Shown: positions 35,188-48,957, counted from the first letter of the whole stretch. The stretch: DNA of 61,114 bases, filler included, from Catajapyx aquilonaris (GCA_000934665.2; 4 parts of 4 records of this genome joined end to end with filler, not necessarily neighbours in it), one strand, 5' to 3'. Notes: a model not told the origin generated them from the sequence alone. Made by a program: numbers and translations.

Positions 35188-38100
35188 AAATATTTTAAAG
35201 CCAAATGGAAATGTGAATATATTAGTGGCGCGTATTTCCAAAAATTAAGACATTACAGGCTAACTTTCACATAATTATAATATTACTGTATTACAGAATC
35301 AGGGACTATAATATATTATTATACCATAAGCTGTACTGTACATACAATACCGGGTATATTTACACATATGGATTAAAATTCAGCTTGTCTAGGAGGAACC
35401 AATTTATTACTTATTTATGCGTTACATTTCCCAAAGTTTCCAGTGTTTAATTTTGTTGCAGACAATAATATTGACGGAAATCGATTCTTCAAAACATTTT
35501 GTATTACATAAAGTTTCTGCTACTTCATTTCGCATGTGATTACATGCAATGTAGTGCTTTTCCTCCACAAGAAAATTTTTACGACATCGGTGTATTTTGA
35601 CATTTCCATTCTTTTAATTTTAAGTGATTACCGACAGAAAATGCTGTTGATATAGTAGTTGATGGTTAAATAGTCACGTTGCAGAGACAACTTGCTCATA
35701 AGACATGAAAATGGTTAGCACTTACTGTGTAACCAAGAGCTCTTGGTGTAACTTACAACACAAAACGATCGAGTGAAGGGGTAAAACAGAAGCTGACACG
35801 AATGGAGATGATTTATGGCCTGTGGTAGACCAAGTGGTACTTAAAAATTAATGTATCACGTGACTAGCATTCATTGTCATTAAAGCCAGTTACTTACGTG
35901 ATTCAGCATTTTATCTCGGCTAATACGATAGCCTTGTCTGCACCAGTCCATCATCGCAACACTTCTCGCACTTCTTTCGCTCTATAGCAGCCCTATGACT
36001 CTCCTCGAATACGGTAGTGTAAACGGTAGTTTTTTCTGTGTCCCATGGTTCGCTAAGCCGCCATCTTGATCAAAGTGCAACTCGGGTGGTAGGTATCGGG
36101 TGAGTCTGCCGCGGGGCTCGATCTTTATTCTTTGCTTCCGCACACTTACCACTTGAGTGCACCTTGAAAAAGATGGCGGATAGCCTATGCTGTAGTGCCG
36201 CCCACGCCAAAATCCTGGCCTGGCGGAGACACATGAATTAAACTACCATATCCATACAGCTATAGGGGGGAAGTGACAGGGGGCTGCTCTGTAGTAACTC
36301 CTACCACTACAGGGGTAAGGGAAATCCACCGTGTAAACAGATAGAAAAATAATGTTTAACCACATGAGTAACTAGCTTTAATAACGATGAATGCTCATGA
36401 AGTTATAACTCATATTTATAATGTCCAACTGACCTTCATTCATCTACATTAATGTCAACTACTGTATCTGCTCAGGTTTTTATCCATTCATTCGATCGTT
36501 TTTTGTGATTAGATTCATCTTCTCTGCAGCATGATACGTACGTATAGTAGACTACTTCTAAAGTAGCCTTTAGAAGATGGATTGACCACGTGGACGGCCA
36601 CATCTCGATTAATACCTTTAGAGTTACTATAGTAAATCTAAAGGTAGTAATCGAGATGTGACGATCAATGTGCTCCATCCATTTTCATATAGCGTTTACC
36701 TTGAAAATTGAAGTTAGCATTACATTTCCTAACTATTAACGTCACATTTCAATATTTAAGTTACCTGACATAGCCTATAGTCCAATTGGAGTTCGTCACG
36801 GACAAAGTCAAAGTTATCAAATTCGGATATGCTTTCAATGATATGGTTGTCTAAACACTACTAATCGAGAAAAGAAAACAATCTGAACATATAACGAATT
36901 GAATATTGAACTACCCCAAACTAATATTTAAAAAACAAACACAACCCCAAATGAATCTCACAACTAATGTTTTGTTTTAGTCATAAGAACAGAATTATCA
37001 TAAAAACCGCATTACTACCGGCATTAATGCGTATTTTTTGAAGTGAGCTTTGGAAGAATGAATGTTGCGTCATGTTATTGAAACATGAAGCGTATAAGCC
37101 GTTTTTAGTTATTCATATTTAAAAAATAATGTGTTTTGATTTAATTAAGAGTTAAGTTACATCTGTTTGGAGTCGTACTTTCGGGAGGATGAAATTGCAA
37201 AGTACAACACTAAACAAAAAAATCCAAACAGAAAACATTAACAGGAAAATCTTAAAACAACTGACACTACATCCTTCCAAAAACGTAGTTGTAAAACACA
37301 AAACTAATTCGCCTTCATCCTCCAAAAAATAATTCACAGGTATATTGAAGCCATTTCTAGCTGGAAGAATTATATCACCAAAGTGAATTTTGGTTGCTCC
37401 CCGCCGCTTTCAGGTATACAGTATACTGTATAATTATGACGTATTTAACATCAAACTGAAGGTCTCATTATCGAGGCACTTTGGTCCCCCACACCCCACA
37501 ACAATGGCCTGTGTAATATTTAAGCAGAACTCAATTACATGGCTATTACATGCGCATGTACAGTATAACTTACACCTACTTATTTGCCTTATGATAGACT
37601 GGAAGATGAAGATAAACAAAAGAAAGCATGACTCAAAACTAATTCTCAATTTCCCTTCCTCCTTACCTTTCCCTCCCAACGCAAATTATTTCCTAGTCTC
37701 CGGAGAATGACAGCACTTGCTGCTAAGCAAATTATATTATCTTAATTAATCATGATTATTTTCCATTACAAAATAAACTCGTGGCCGTTGAATATTAGCA
37801 GAAATTTTCCAGCACTCGTTCCGTGGCTTCATGGAAGCTCAATTATTCAAATGTCATGCTGATTCCTAATAAAATTCTGTCATGGCTTCTTTATTGTGAC
37901 ACAGAATTGAGAAACCGATCTCTAGCAAGCGGCAGACTCTGACAGTACCTTTCGAGATGGGAACACTGGGCATCCCCTCGAGCATCGTAGTGCCATCTCT
38001 GAACGTATGACTCAACTCCCAATGTTGAGGACGGAATCACTCAACAGAATATTGTGTCAAAATGTCTAAAAGTTCAACCAAGCAGAAAAATATCAGATGT

Positions 38101-38686
38101 TTATAGTGTGATTGGAATGTCAAAAGCATATAATGAAGTACACGTGATAGAGGCTTAACTACCGGTCTTAACATGTAGGCCTATACCGGTACACAGTCGA
38201 TAGGAAGCAGGATAAGAAAGATATTGTGTAATGTTACATTATTTTGAAGTTGCTTCAACGCAAAATGAGAAAATATTAATTAACTGCCATTGATGGACAA
38301 CTGCACGAACATAATGTTAAGAAAAGTAAATTATTCTTTGCTGTTTTCATGCATGGGATTCATCACGCGGTCATATTTAGTAAGTATAACATTCATCTAC
38401 TACACCAAGAGCTAATAACTCTTGACTACACATATTATGCACTCTTACGGTAAGCTGTCAATTTTTGCATTCCGCGCAGACTCCAGGTGACTTTTTGATG
38501 CCTTATTCGCTTAGCTTCTGCTGATAGCCACTTCCTAACCACTATAGATGAGGAGAGAACTTGCTGATGAAAAACATTTTGTCAACTTTTTTCTGTGAGG
38601 GTTAGTCATGTTTGGCTCTGAGCCCTTATTATCGAAAGGATAAAATATTTTACGAATCGAGAACAGACAGCTTGCACGAGCTCGAA

Positions 38687-38718
<32 letters not shown>

Positions 38719-39041
38719 TTAAATATGTATTTGAGCTTCTTACCAATGATAATCTCTAGTGTTGCGAGGTTGAGTGGCGACTTCGTAGGGCACATAAAAG
38801 AGATACTGGCGTGTAGTCTGTCGCTGATAAAATTCGATCATCAAATTATAGCATTGACGACGCTTCCACATATCCTGCACATAGAAAAAACAATGTTTGT
38901 ATTATTGTGATGTAACATAATTCTATACCAGCACAACCCAAACATTTTGTGATTCTAGCCATTATTGGCATTAATTTTTGTTAGCCTAGAAGTCCCTAAA
39001 TTAATTTCCAAAAATATTCCTGTAAAAACTCCAAATTAGAG

Positions 39042-39334
39042 TACTTCCTGCCAACTGTTAACCTGATTTAATTATGAAATACTTTAAAATATACGGAATA
39101 ACTTGAGAAGCTTGCCAGATGAATTTGCTGAAATCGTCGTACTTTTCGAGAAATCAGTACTAATTTGGTAGTTATCCGAAGTGACAGGTAAGTCGTAGAA
39201 ACGTATTAATATATTTCTCGGAAAGTACAACGATTTCAACAAAGTCTTCTGGCATGGTTCTCAAGATTGTCATTCCGTATATTTTAACGTAAGTTTATTT
39301 CATAATTAAATAAACCTAACGGTTGGCCGGTAGT
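39042..39334. mobile_element. Old MITE with ~120-bp imperfect inverted arms
   Basis: tttaattatgaaata, aaaatatacggaat and gaaatcgt.gtacttt.cgagaaat mirrored in reverse complement. Confidence 0.65.
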
Positions 39335-40320
39335 AGGCCTATACTTGCTATCACATCTTTTACAGCGATCTTTTTGGAAATTAATTTACGAACTCATGAT
39401 TGTCAAGGAAAATTGTTTCCAATACGTACGCTGTGTTTTGCATGAAGGGGTAAGTATAGCTGTTGCTATTTGTAAAATTTCTGACCCTTACTTTCAGAGT
39501 ACTTGTAAGTTGAACAGGAGGGAAAATCTAAGCGCAAATCTAGGCTGAAATATAACGAGTACTGTGCTGTGATCTTTTTGGAAATTAATTTACGGACTTC
39601 AATGCGAGTAAAATATTGTTTCCAACACATGCATTGCGTATAGAGCATGAATGTTGATGCATTTCTTCCAACCAACATCATGCACCGATGCACCGATGAG
39701 TTAGAGGGGATTAAGACACTGGCATGAGCGCAGCGTTGCCACCTCTCAACCGCTGATGGTGGTGTAGAATAAACAGATCGATCAATTAAAAATTTGGAAA
39801 TTTCAGGGTCGTCATCAGAGTAGTCCTGCAGGTACGATGCGGTAATTTTTCATACATTATGCAATTGCAAATCAGAAAAGATGAATGGGTCATCAAGTGC
39901 AGCATGATTTTCCTCATGACAATCACCTGCAATCACACTTTCCCAGAGAGTGATTCCTCTTGTCTAATGAAGATGTGGTGTTTTTTCTAGACTTCTACTA
40001 CATCAAAAACACGAAGAATGGGATGAAGGTCTTCGAAGAGCACGTAGTAGTAGATCAAGACGTATTAGGAAGCTTTAAAGATGCTGCTCTCATGCAGATG
40101 TACAAGATTTTTACTAAGATGACTCTTTTGCAAAGCAAAGTGGATAGGGCTGCTCTCGCCAGTCATCAGGAAATACATTTGAAGCATACGTACTATAGCC
40201 TTCGATGAACAGGTGAGATTTATTCAAATTATCACACCCAGATGTGTCTTGCCGTGTACAGATGCCTAGTGTATACAAAACTACCACACTTCAGTAATGT
40301 AATAATGATACCAGCAATTT

Positions 40321-40335
40321 AATAACAATAACAAT

Positions 40336-40380
<45 letters not shown>

Positions 40381-40462
40381 AATAATAATGCTGACAATAA
40401 TAACAATAACCATTTTAATGATGATAATAATGATGATGATGATAATGACAACAATAACAACA
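40321..40462. repeat. Compound (AAC)/(AAT)/(GAT) microsatellite
   Basis: Direct reading of the sequence. Confidence 0.9.
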
Positions 40463-41873
40463 AGACTACTCATATGACAGGTAACCATGAGGACGCATGG
40501 TTATGCGAATAAAACTCGGTAAAAATACTCAGGAAATCGGGACATGTCTCACCTACCAATAAAATGGACCAATAAATTTGCTTCAGATCGGAACGGTATA
40601 GGAGAGTCAGGCATGTGAGATAGGATAGCCTGTGGAAGGTGGAAGGGGGTAAAATAAAATAATAAATAATAAATAAGAAAATTACAGTACTCACCAAAAC
40701 CACTGTTGGACCAAACCTTAGATTCATATTATACTGTAGCTTGCATAAAACAGTTAACAGTGTTAACAGTGCTCTCAGATGAATTATTCGTCAGCATTTA
40801 ACATTTGGTCCAGCAGTGAGACACTGCCTCAGTTGGAATTTTTATTAATTGTTATATCCTCCTGAGACCTGAGACGAATTTTTTAACGCAATGTCAGTTC
40901 CTATTGCATTTTCTGAACATGTTCCCAATAAGAAACGAGAAAAAATTTTTAGTTTTAAAATATCGACAAAAATGGCGGCAAACAACCAATGAGAACATTA
41001 GGACCCAATTGGTGCTACAAAAGCAGAACGGATGAAAGCTGAAAATTGAAATACCACTTAATGGATCACTCACATAGTGCTCTATCCTCCAAACAATGTT
41101 TTTAAAATTCATTTGTGGAATTAGTGGTAGCAATTCCTCTCAGAAGACAATTAGAGATAAATGAAATTATTTTTTAACGCCACCACTCCAGGCATGGGGC
41201 TTGCTCCTTCCCTTCTTACCCGCTAAAGTGGTACCTTGCTATTCTAGATTTCAAAACTGAACACCATAGTGAAAAGCCCACTTCCTTATGGGTGTATAGG
41301 TACAGGCACGTAAAGAAAAGTCACACTCATTCAGCTAAAAATGCCATTTTTCGGATGTCCATTTAAATGGACATTTGGTCTCAGGAAGAAAAGAAAATGA
41401 CCAGTTCTCTACAGCAACAAAGATTGTCACAGAATCATCTTTTCGCAGTTCCTAAGACACATTCCGTGCGAATCCTAGGACATTCACTGCATTGCGAAAA
41501 TCGCATTCTAAATATGAGAAAAAAAATAAAACTGATCAGATGAGCGCCTAGCTTCAGCAGCGGAATCCGCCATTTTGTCCGCGATTTAATTTTCGCGGCC
41601 CAAGCCAGATATTCGACGCTAGGTGGCTACAGCTATTGAGGCCAGATTGTAACCATGTGATACCAACAGATTACAGTTCTGTTGGCATCACTGGTTGGCG
41701 CCAAAAAAATCTTTTGCTGATGTCGACATATGACAACACCAGGTCTCAGGTGGATATAATACTTTTCAATGTATTGACTATATACAATCATTCTTTGAAC
41801 AATGCCTAAAATGATCACTAATTCAAAATAAACATGCACTGCCTGTTATATACTTTATAATTGATATATTTAA

Positions 41874-42029
41874 CCCTGTAATGCCACTAATCTAAGTAAT
41901 GCCCACTGGGTCATATCTGGCACACCATTTAGTGCAATTTTTGCAACTTTTGCAATTTTTATATTTTCTGTAAGTGTGCCAAATTGCACTAAATGGTGTG
42001 CCAGATATGACCCAAGGGGCATTACAGGG
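41874..42029. mobile_element. piggyBac-type MITE
   Basis: TTAA TSD; TIR CCCTGTAATGCC; 34-bp internal inverted repeat TGGGTCATATCTGGCACACCATTTAGTGCAATTT. Confidence 0.88.
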
Positions 42030-42069
42030 TTAAGGAGGTTGGCCCAGCATTGCCTTTCAACCTCCAAGT

Positions 42070-42218
42070 ATAGGGAAGGAAGGATGCGGCTGTGGCCTAT
42101 TATACGGAAGCAACCCCGGAATTATCCTAGAAAGACCGTGGAAAACCACAGAAAACCACGGTCAAGGTTGCCGGCCCCGGGATTCGAACCCAGGACCTCC
42201 CGATTAGCAGACGGTGCC
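42070..42218 (-). mobile_element. SINE family A, truncated
   Basis: CTGCTAATCGGGAGGTCCTGGGTTCGAATCCCGG...AATAGGCCACAGCCGC on the minus strand. Confidence 0.8.
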
Positions 42219-43975
42219 TGTTATATACTGTAAAAAAAATGGCAAAAGTTCATTATAATGATCATTTTAATGCATTTTTTTCCCTTGGGGTCCTAAAAGA
42301 CCCCACGGCACGGTTCCAGGGTTAATCTTGAAGAAAATAAAAACACCTCTATCACCAAAGAAGACGATGGTTCCAATCCATCCATGTGAAGGTAATGAAT
42401 CGCAAAAGAGAATCATTTTTAAAAAAAAATCTTAAGAACATACGCGAAAATAGGAAACCGAGACTATTGTTGTTGATAGTGTGAGTGCAAAAGTGATGGG
42501 TCTTTCAACACCAACTCACCAAGCCGTCAATTTCTTTCGTAAGTTTATATCATTCTGCCATTTTGAGGTGGATATCATTTGCCGCTTTACGTCTACAATA
42601 TGCCCATGATAATAATAATTATTTGTGTGCATGATTTTCGTTTTCGGAAGGAGCTAGTGCTACATTATTTTTTGACTGCTGCAGTCAATTAAAACCTAAG
42701 CTCTTCCTGAACTGCAAACGTAATGAGTTAACTGAAACTTAACTGTATTATTTCACGTCTTAACTAAGTCGCCAACATAAGTACCCCGATATACTAATTT
42801 AAAAGATATAATTTTTCTAATTCCGATCTACTTCTTTCAAAAACACCGAACCTCCGAGAATACACTAAAAAATTAGTGGGGAGTAGATTTAATCTACTCC
42901 CCACAAACACTGCTCCATGAACGACGCGATGAACCTGCAAGTGTCGCGGTGTTACAGACCTTATCTTCTGCCGAATGCCTTATCGTCTGGCGAATGATGA
43001 CAGTTGCTTCTGGGAACTTGATCGGACCACGCAATACTGGTAAGATGATGAGGGCTCGAAGATCTCCAGAAGACTACCGCGGAGGATTGCCAACACTTTG
43101 TCAACGTATCGTCAGAGGACCGCCTCTTTTTATTGCGCATACTTTACCGCACAGGCAGTAATTTCCATGTTCAAGTAGGCTATCTGGTGACAAATAGTTG
43201 TAATACGTAGTCTTCCTTCTAAGAAGGCGGGAATTGAATTAGAATGAACACAAAATGGAATAATACGTGTATGGTGGAATCACTGAAAAAATCACTACGA
43301 TCGGCGTATAATTGCATAAAATTGGCATGTTGAAGAACATTAATAATTATTGTTTTGCATAAAACTAGACTGCAGAATGCAAGATAGTCTTCAAAATCCC
43401 ATGTTTCCTAATCATGTGAATGATTTTTTTTTGCTACATCTCTGTAGAGTTGCCCTTCCCATACTGCTGATTGACCTTGGGACAATATGTATTGGCAAAC
43501 ATTCCATCTGTACCCTGAAGAACATAATTACTATAGAAAGTGAACGGACAATCAGCAGTGATGTGTGATGATGATGATGATGATGATTATTATTATTATT
43601 ATTATTATTCAGGGGTATATTGCACAAACCTTGTTATTTGTATTCAATGTACTGAAGTAGGGGAGAGAGGAAGGGTCCTGAGGGAGGGCACATGAGACTC
43701 TTGCAGGCAAGCATTTGACCTTTGTTACCAATGTTTCAGTTTGGTCCTGATTAGGACAAAGTCAAATTTTAATGACAATGACATAATGCAAGATTTGTCC
43801 CTTAGGCTAAATTTATGAAATAATGCAGGCAAGTAGTTGGTACATCTCGGATACTAATGAAGTAGTTTCCGTGATATCTTCACTTTCAGTTTGGTTCCCG
43901 TTTTGCAAGGCTGGAAAGAAAATGTTGAAAATTTCATGCTGCAGTCAACTTCAAGGTCAAGGAATATAATTATAA

Positions 43976-44118
43976 CAGTTGAATATGGATATAACAGACT
44001 TCAAGGGACCGTGGAAATCAGTATGTTATAACCGAATACACAAGCCATATATGAAAGTATGCCGGGACCGGCCTTTCGAGCCCGTTATAGCCGAGGCTGT
44101 TATATCCTGATTCAACTG
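43976..44118. mobile_element. pogo-type MITE
   Basis: TIR CAGTTGAAT..GGATATAACAG / CTGTTATATCC..ATTCAACTG|TA. Confidence 0.75.
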
Positions 44119-45168
44119 TAAAAGGTCATGGCACCTGTCCTAAGTGACTGAGTCGTAACTTTAAAAAAAATCCAATTTCAGGCAAGGTGGTATTCTTTCG
44201 GTGGTATTTTAACCTGTTGAGGGCTAGGTTTTTTTGTTGTTATTTTATTTATTTATTTATTCGATGTAGAAGTGATATTAATGAGTAACAACTTCGTGCC
44301 AAAATTAATAATTTTAATTCATGGTGGTCCTTTTGAATGTAAAATGATGGAAAAAATTCATCTACAGGGCGTCCCAGAAATGTTTTAAGGATCGTCTGGC
44401 TCTCAGAACGTCGATAGGCCTACTGAGTTTACATAGTCACTATAGTGACTATTATGGTTGCATAATATTACTACAACATTGTACTATGAGAAACTCCTAA
44501 GGGTCCAACTTTATACGACACCCTGTACTCAGGGCATTTGTTTACATGAAAGATGACGTGGCAGCCGCGTGTCCTTGGCATATTCCACTCGGCTTGGCTC
44601 CCGCCCAGTGCATTGTGGGGGATGTCATGGTAGTTTATTCACCATCCAAGAGATGCCAGGAGTATAATTGAACCGAATTTGGAACCGCAAAGTTCGAATT
44701 GTCTGTGCATATTTTAGTGCGCCAAATTCAAACATCCGCAGACCATCATATGATGGTCGTTGCCCTCAACAGGTTAAGGATTAAGGTATCATCTTGAGCT
44801 TGCTCAGTTTCATTCACTATGCCACAGAGATGATGGCTATTGAAAATGGGAGAAAATGGCAGAACCCTGAGAAAGCTCACACAAAAATGGAAAGAATGCA
44901 TTCTCACATGAGAAAATCCTCTGCTTGACATGGGCAGTGTACTTAGGACCAAAGAGGTGGTATTGCTGTGGCATAAACCACTATGCCAAGTTGCTGCCCT
45001 ATTGTAGTGTAATTACTTCAGAACACTATTTCTACTACAATGTTATAAGCAAATGTATGTTGCATATGTGTCATGCATTGCTGGAAGTAGGCTACAATTC
45101 GGCTATTCAATATGATTGTTGTTGGTCAATTTCTTTGCACGCAAGCAATAACTTTGTTGAACGTTCAT

Positions 45169-45447
45169 AAATTCATAATAATAATAAAATAATGGATACC
45201 CCGTGATAAGCCTCCTTGGGCTTTTTAGGGGATCATCTTTTAATAGACCTAATTTAATCATTTGCCTGTAATGTGATGGATTTTGATAGTGGGAGGAAAC
45301 GGGAGAACCCCGAGAAAACCCACGCGAACACGGAGAGAACCCATCGAAACTCTATCCACATAAGTATCCTCTGTCCGGTCCGGGGATCTAACTCGGGACC
45401 TTAGAGGTGGAAGGCTGCGGCGCTAACCACTCGGCCACCGTGTCGCC
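45169..45447 (-). mobile_element. tRNA-derived SINE with a V-domain-like core
   Basis: Head GGCGACACGGTGGCCGAGTGGTTAGCG; core TTCTCTCCGTGTTCGCGTGGGTTTTCTCGGGGTTCTCCCGTTTCCTCCCAC; perfect 19-bp TSD AACTTTGTTGAACGTTCAT (45150-45168 and 45448-45466). Confidence 0.85.
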
Positions 45448-45579
45448 AACTTTGTTGAACGTTCATTGTAAATAAGTGTACTTCGTGATATATTGTTCTG
45501 AGTTCTATGCACAGTTGCTCTCTTGCAAGATTTATATCTATCCCACATTTTTATTTTCAGGAACACATGATATTACGGC

Positions 45580-45847
45580 ATGAGCAGTATTGTTGAGGGC
45601 CTGGGCGATGGGTTGTTCATATCTCTTGGGGTAATCCTGCTATTAGTGCTGGTGGCTGTTGCGTGGCAATCAACTAACGTTCAAGAGCGGCCCCTGATTC
45701 GTGCTGTGGTGGTGCTCGAGAATTCGGTTGAAGCCCATGGCCTGTCCCAGTGTCCACTGACTTCAGCACAGGACTTCATCCGCAAATGCTCTCGCAACAA
45801 GCTGGAGGGGGTGGGAGCGAAGGTGGTGCAGAACGACCGGATGATCC
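45580..45847 (+). CDS. Transmembrane and ubiquitin-like domain protein (TMUB1/2-like), first coding exon, cut by the contig end
   Basis: Acceptor ttttcag ending at 45560; MSSIVEGLGD...hydrophobic...AWQSTNVQERPLIR matches the TMUB N-terminal IEG.GD..AW.ST pattern; sequence after ~45720 not recognised. Confidence 0.7.
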
Positions 45848-45947
45848 NNNNNNNNNNNNNNNNNNNNNNNNNNNNNNNNNNNNNNNNNNNNTTAATTAAT
45901 TAANNNNNNNNNNNNNNNNNNNNNNNNNNNNNNNNNNNNNNNNNNNN
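45848..45947. other. Artificial contig-joining spacer
   Basis: 44 N + TTAATTAATTAA + 44 N. Confidence 0.98.
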
Positions 45948-46318
45948 GCCACAGGGTCACCAAATGGTTCCACAATGTGGATGAGTGCCACGCACTGGGC
46001 ACCACAAAAAGAGAGGGAGATCTGATGGTGAAGTGCCGTCCATCGGAGGTGTGCTCTCAGAGGCAACCTCTGATGAACACCTTCAAAAGTTCTTCACGGA
46101 GCAAAGTAGGTTGTAATTCAGCCAATCAGGCACATAACAGCTTCCCTGATATTGTCACTTGGCCATGAAAACTCAACAAGCTATACTGTATAAATATAGT
46201 GCATGCATGAAACAATGAGGTGTAATGCCTGAATCATTTAGACATGAAGCTCTGAATGTACCAAGTCACGTAGCAAGTGTGCAGATTTCATAACCTAATA
46301 TCATTATTATGTGGCTAG

Positions 46319-46828
46319 GTTTGGAGCGACCTCGGGCCAAGCAGGCTGTTCTGCTGAAGGCGCAAACGAGCACAGGTAAAGGAACCCACAATGTCCCTCC
46401 TCTGACCAATAAAGAGGTTACAAGATAGTATGGGCAGTAGAGGAATACTGTTCACTTGGCAATCTTCATGATGTATTTAACTTATACCACATGACCGAAG
46501 CAGTAGTGGTGAAGTGGATATGGTGTCCGACTGCTAATCGGGAGGTCCTGGGTTCGAATCCCGGAGGCCGGTGACCCTGACCATGGTTTTCTGTCGTTTC
46601 CCATGGTCCTCGCAGGATAATTCCGGGGTTGTTACCGTAATCATAGGCCACAGCCACTTCCCTCCACTTCCCTCCTTCCCTATCCCTGCCTCATTCCGAT
46701 GGAAAAGCAGTAAAAATGAAGAGAGTTCCAGACAAAAAATTGGGAGAAAACCCCCTTAGAAAAGCCCGGTTGGCTGATAATGGGGTATCAAATTATTATT
46801 ATTATTGTTATTATTATTATGATTGTTG

Positions 46829-46865
<37 letters not shown>

Positions 46866-48101
46866 TTATACCACATGCTACATGTATGCCCCTTCTTTCA
46901 TATTAAAACAGTTTTTGTAATGAAAAACGTAATTTCAGAGTCGAGTTACTGGCACAGAGCAGCATGGACCAAGATTTTGCTGCAGGTTAGTTGCTACTTA
47001 CTGAACTCATTAAACTGAATATTTGTAAGACCTGAAGGATTTCTTTCCAGGTGTTGATCATGGTGGATGCTGTGAATGCTCGCTATGTGATGGCCCTGAG
47101 TACCCGGTAAGACCAGTTTGTGCTGAAGGGTCATTAATTTCATGTGATTTCTTGTCATCTGTTCAAGTTTCGTTCCACAATTAATTGATCATTATTCATT
47201 ACACTGACTTAGTTAAAAAGGTGCATGGTTGAGGGCGTAATTTAAAGAAGGGGTCATAAAAATGGTTTAAGTGTAGCTTTTGTGCTTCTAATCCTCTTCA
47301 AAAATATGCTAACATTGTGGGAACCACGTGTGTGGTTCCAGCATTTATCCTCTTTTGGAAATTGTCCCTGTGCGCCATCTGGTGGCTGTAATACTGTATA
47401 AAAGGAAGGGGGCTTCTGCCCTCGAGACTCTCTCTCCTGTATCACTCCTGCAATATACACTGATTTACCTCCTACCGGTCTCTTATTCCCACACCCTGCG
47501 ACCTAGGTAGGTCAGGGGTCAGGTCAAGGGTCCTGACAACATGTAATGCCTGTTGCTGGATATTTTAAACCATTTAAAAATCATACCCTGCTAAAGTTGG
47601 TGGCAAACCATAAATTCAACCCTAGTGGAAAGGCGATGAAGATTTTCCTACTTTTAACTACTTTATCATTGTATGATAATGTTTTAATATCAGGTCATAT
47701 CTTCTGTGGGAAATGGAAAACCCACGCGAACACAGAGCCAGTTCCCAGTGTGCTATAGCTTTGAAGTTTCAGTTGAATATTGTCAAAAATAGTAGTTAAT
47801 AAATTTTTATGACAAAACCATATGGATTGCTTGCTCTCTTTGCTTTGTGGGTTGGTAAATGCTGTGACATTAATCAGGTGTTTCCAATTTGCAGGAGGGG
47901 TGGACACTGAGGTGGGATGATACTGATGATGAAGAGGAGATGGAAATGGAGGCGCAGGTAAGACCTTCACCAATATATTGATTTAAGCTGTACCATAGGT
48001 CTTACTCAAGCAATTTCGCATTTTCCTAGGGCGCTGGCCTAGAAGGACCACCCCCTCCTCCACCTCCACCGGCCCAGGGGCCCGTGGAGGAGCCGCAGCC
48101 A
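46319..48101 (+). CDS. Unidentified spliced gene fragment (exons 46319-46375, 47051-47106, 47895-47957, 48030-48101)
   Basis: Four GC-richer blocks with AG/GT sites and matching phases joining to LERPRAKQAVLLKAQTSTGVDHGGCCECSLCDGPEYPEGWTLRWDDTDDEEEMEMEAQGAGLEGPPPPPPPPAQGPVEEPQP. Confidence 0.45.
46494..46863 (+). mobile_element. SINE family A, full length
   Basis: A/B boxes, shared tail, (ATT)n; 14-bp TSD ACTTATACCACATG (46480-46493 and 46864-46877). Confidence 0.9.
47372..47386. promoter_or_regulatory. CTCF-like motif
   Basis: GCGCCATCTGGTGGC matches the CTCF core consensus; motif only. Confidence 0.3.
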
Positions 48102-48139
48102 GTGAGTAAACATGAATTTGCTACATGCTGCTATCTTCT

Positions 48140-48430
48140 CAGCAGCCCGCTGATGAAAATGAAAGCCATAGTGAGTTTCTTCAAGAACAGTGAAGTAGCA
48201 ACCACTGAGCTGCTCGCTATGCAAACGGACGAGGGTAAAGCACCTCATCAGTGCATAAAATTAATTCAACAAGTCCACACCCGGTGGCATTCTTCGTATG
48301 ACATGCACAAATGGTTCCTCCAACTGTCTGACATTGTCAGTAAAGTTGTCTTCAAGCTGCACAGGGAGAGGGCCTCAACCAAACGAATCCCGCCCTCCAT
48401 GGTGACAGCCGAACAGTTGGATGCCTTGGA
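48140..48430 (+). mobile_element. hAT (ZBED-like) transposase relic
   Basis: KMKAIVSFFKNS...KLIQQVHTRWHSSYDM (TRWNS-type motif). Confidence 0.8.
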
Positions 48431-48957
48431 AAACACTGGTGAAACATCTGTATGGAGTCACACTGGAGGTGTGGAGCGAGTGTCTGAAGCTTATTCCATC
48501 AAGAGACCCCTTGCTGGTGGGAATAACGTGAAGGTGGCAGTCAGGATGAAGACCCAGGGGGCTAATCTGCACCTTTTCCTCGTGCATGACTATATAAGCC
48601 AGTATCATTCCTGCATACTTGATTTGAACAGGCAGAATTGTTCCTTCCTGCTCAAAATTGTATTCCATCAAACAAAATACTTTCCACACATTTATTGAAC
48701 TAAATCAGGTACACTGTAGTGGAAAACAACATTTTTTTGCCAGGGAAAAGTATATATATTTTTTAGAGAGAGACAATCCAGCAGAGTTGGTAGTTCAAAT
48801 GGTTCATTGGTGGTCGTGGTAATTTACCATTATTATATGGGTTTAATATGGAATTAATTGCACTGCATGAGGAGAATGTCGGTATGACAAGCCACTCAGT
48901 CTGCACGCCATCGGGAATGCAGCTTCTTGAACCAGGATTCTGAGGAAACAGTCTGGC

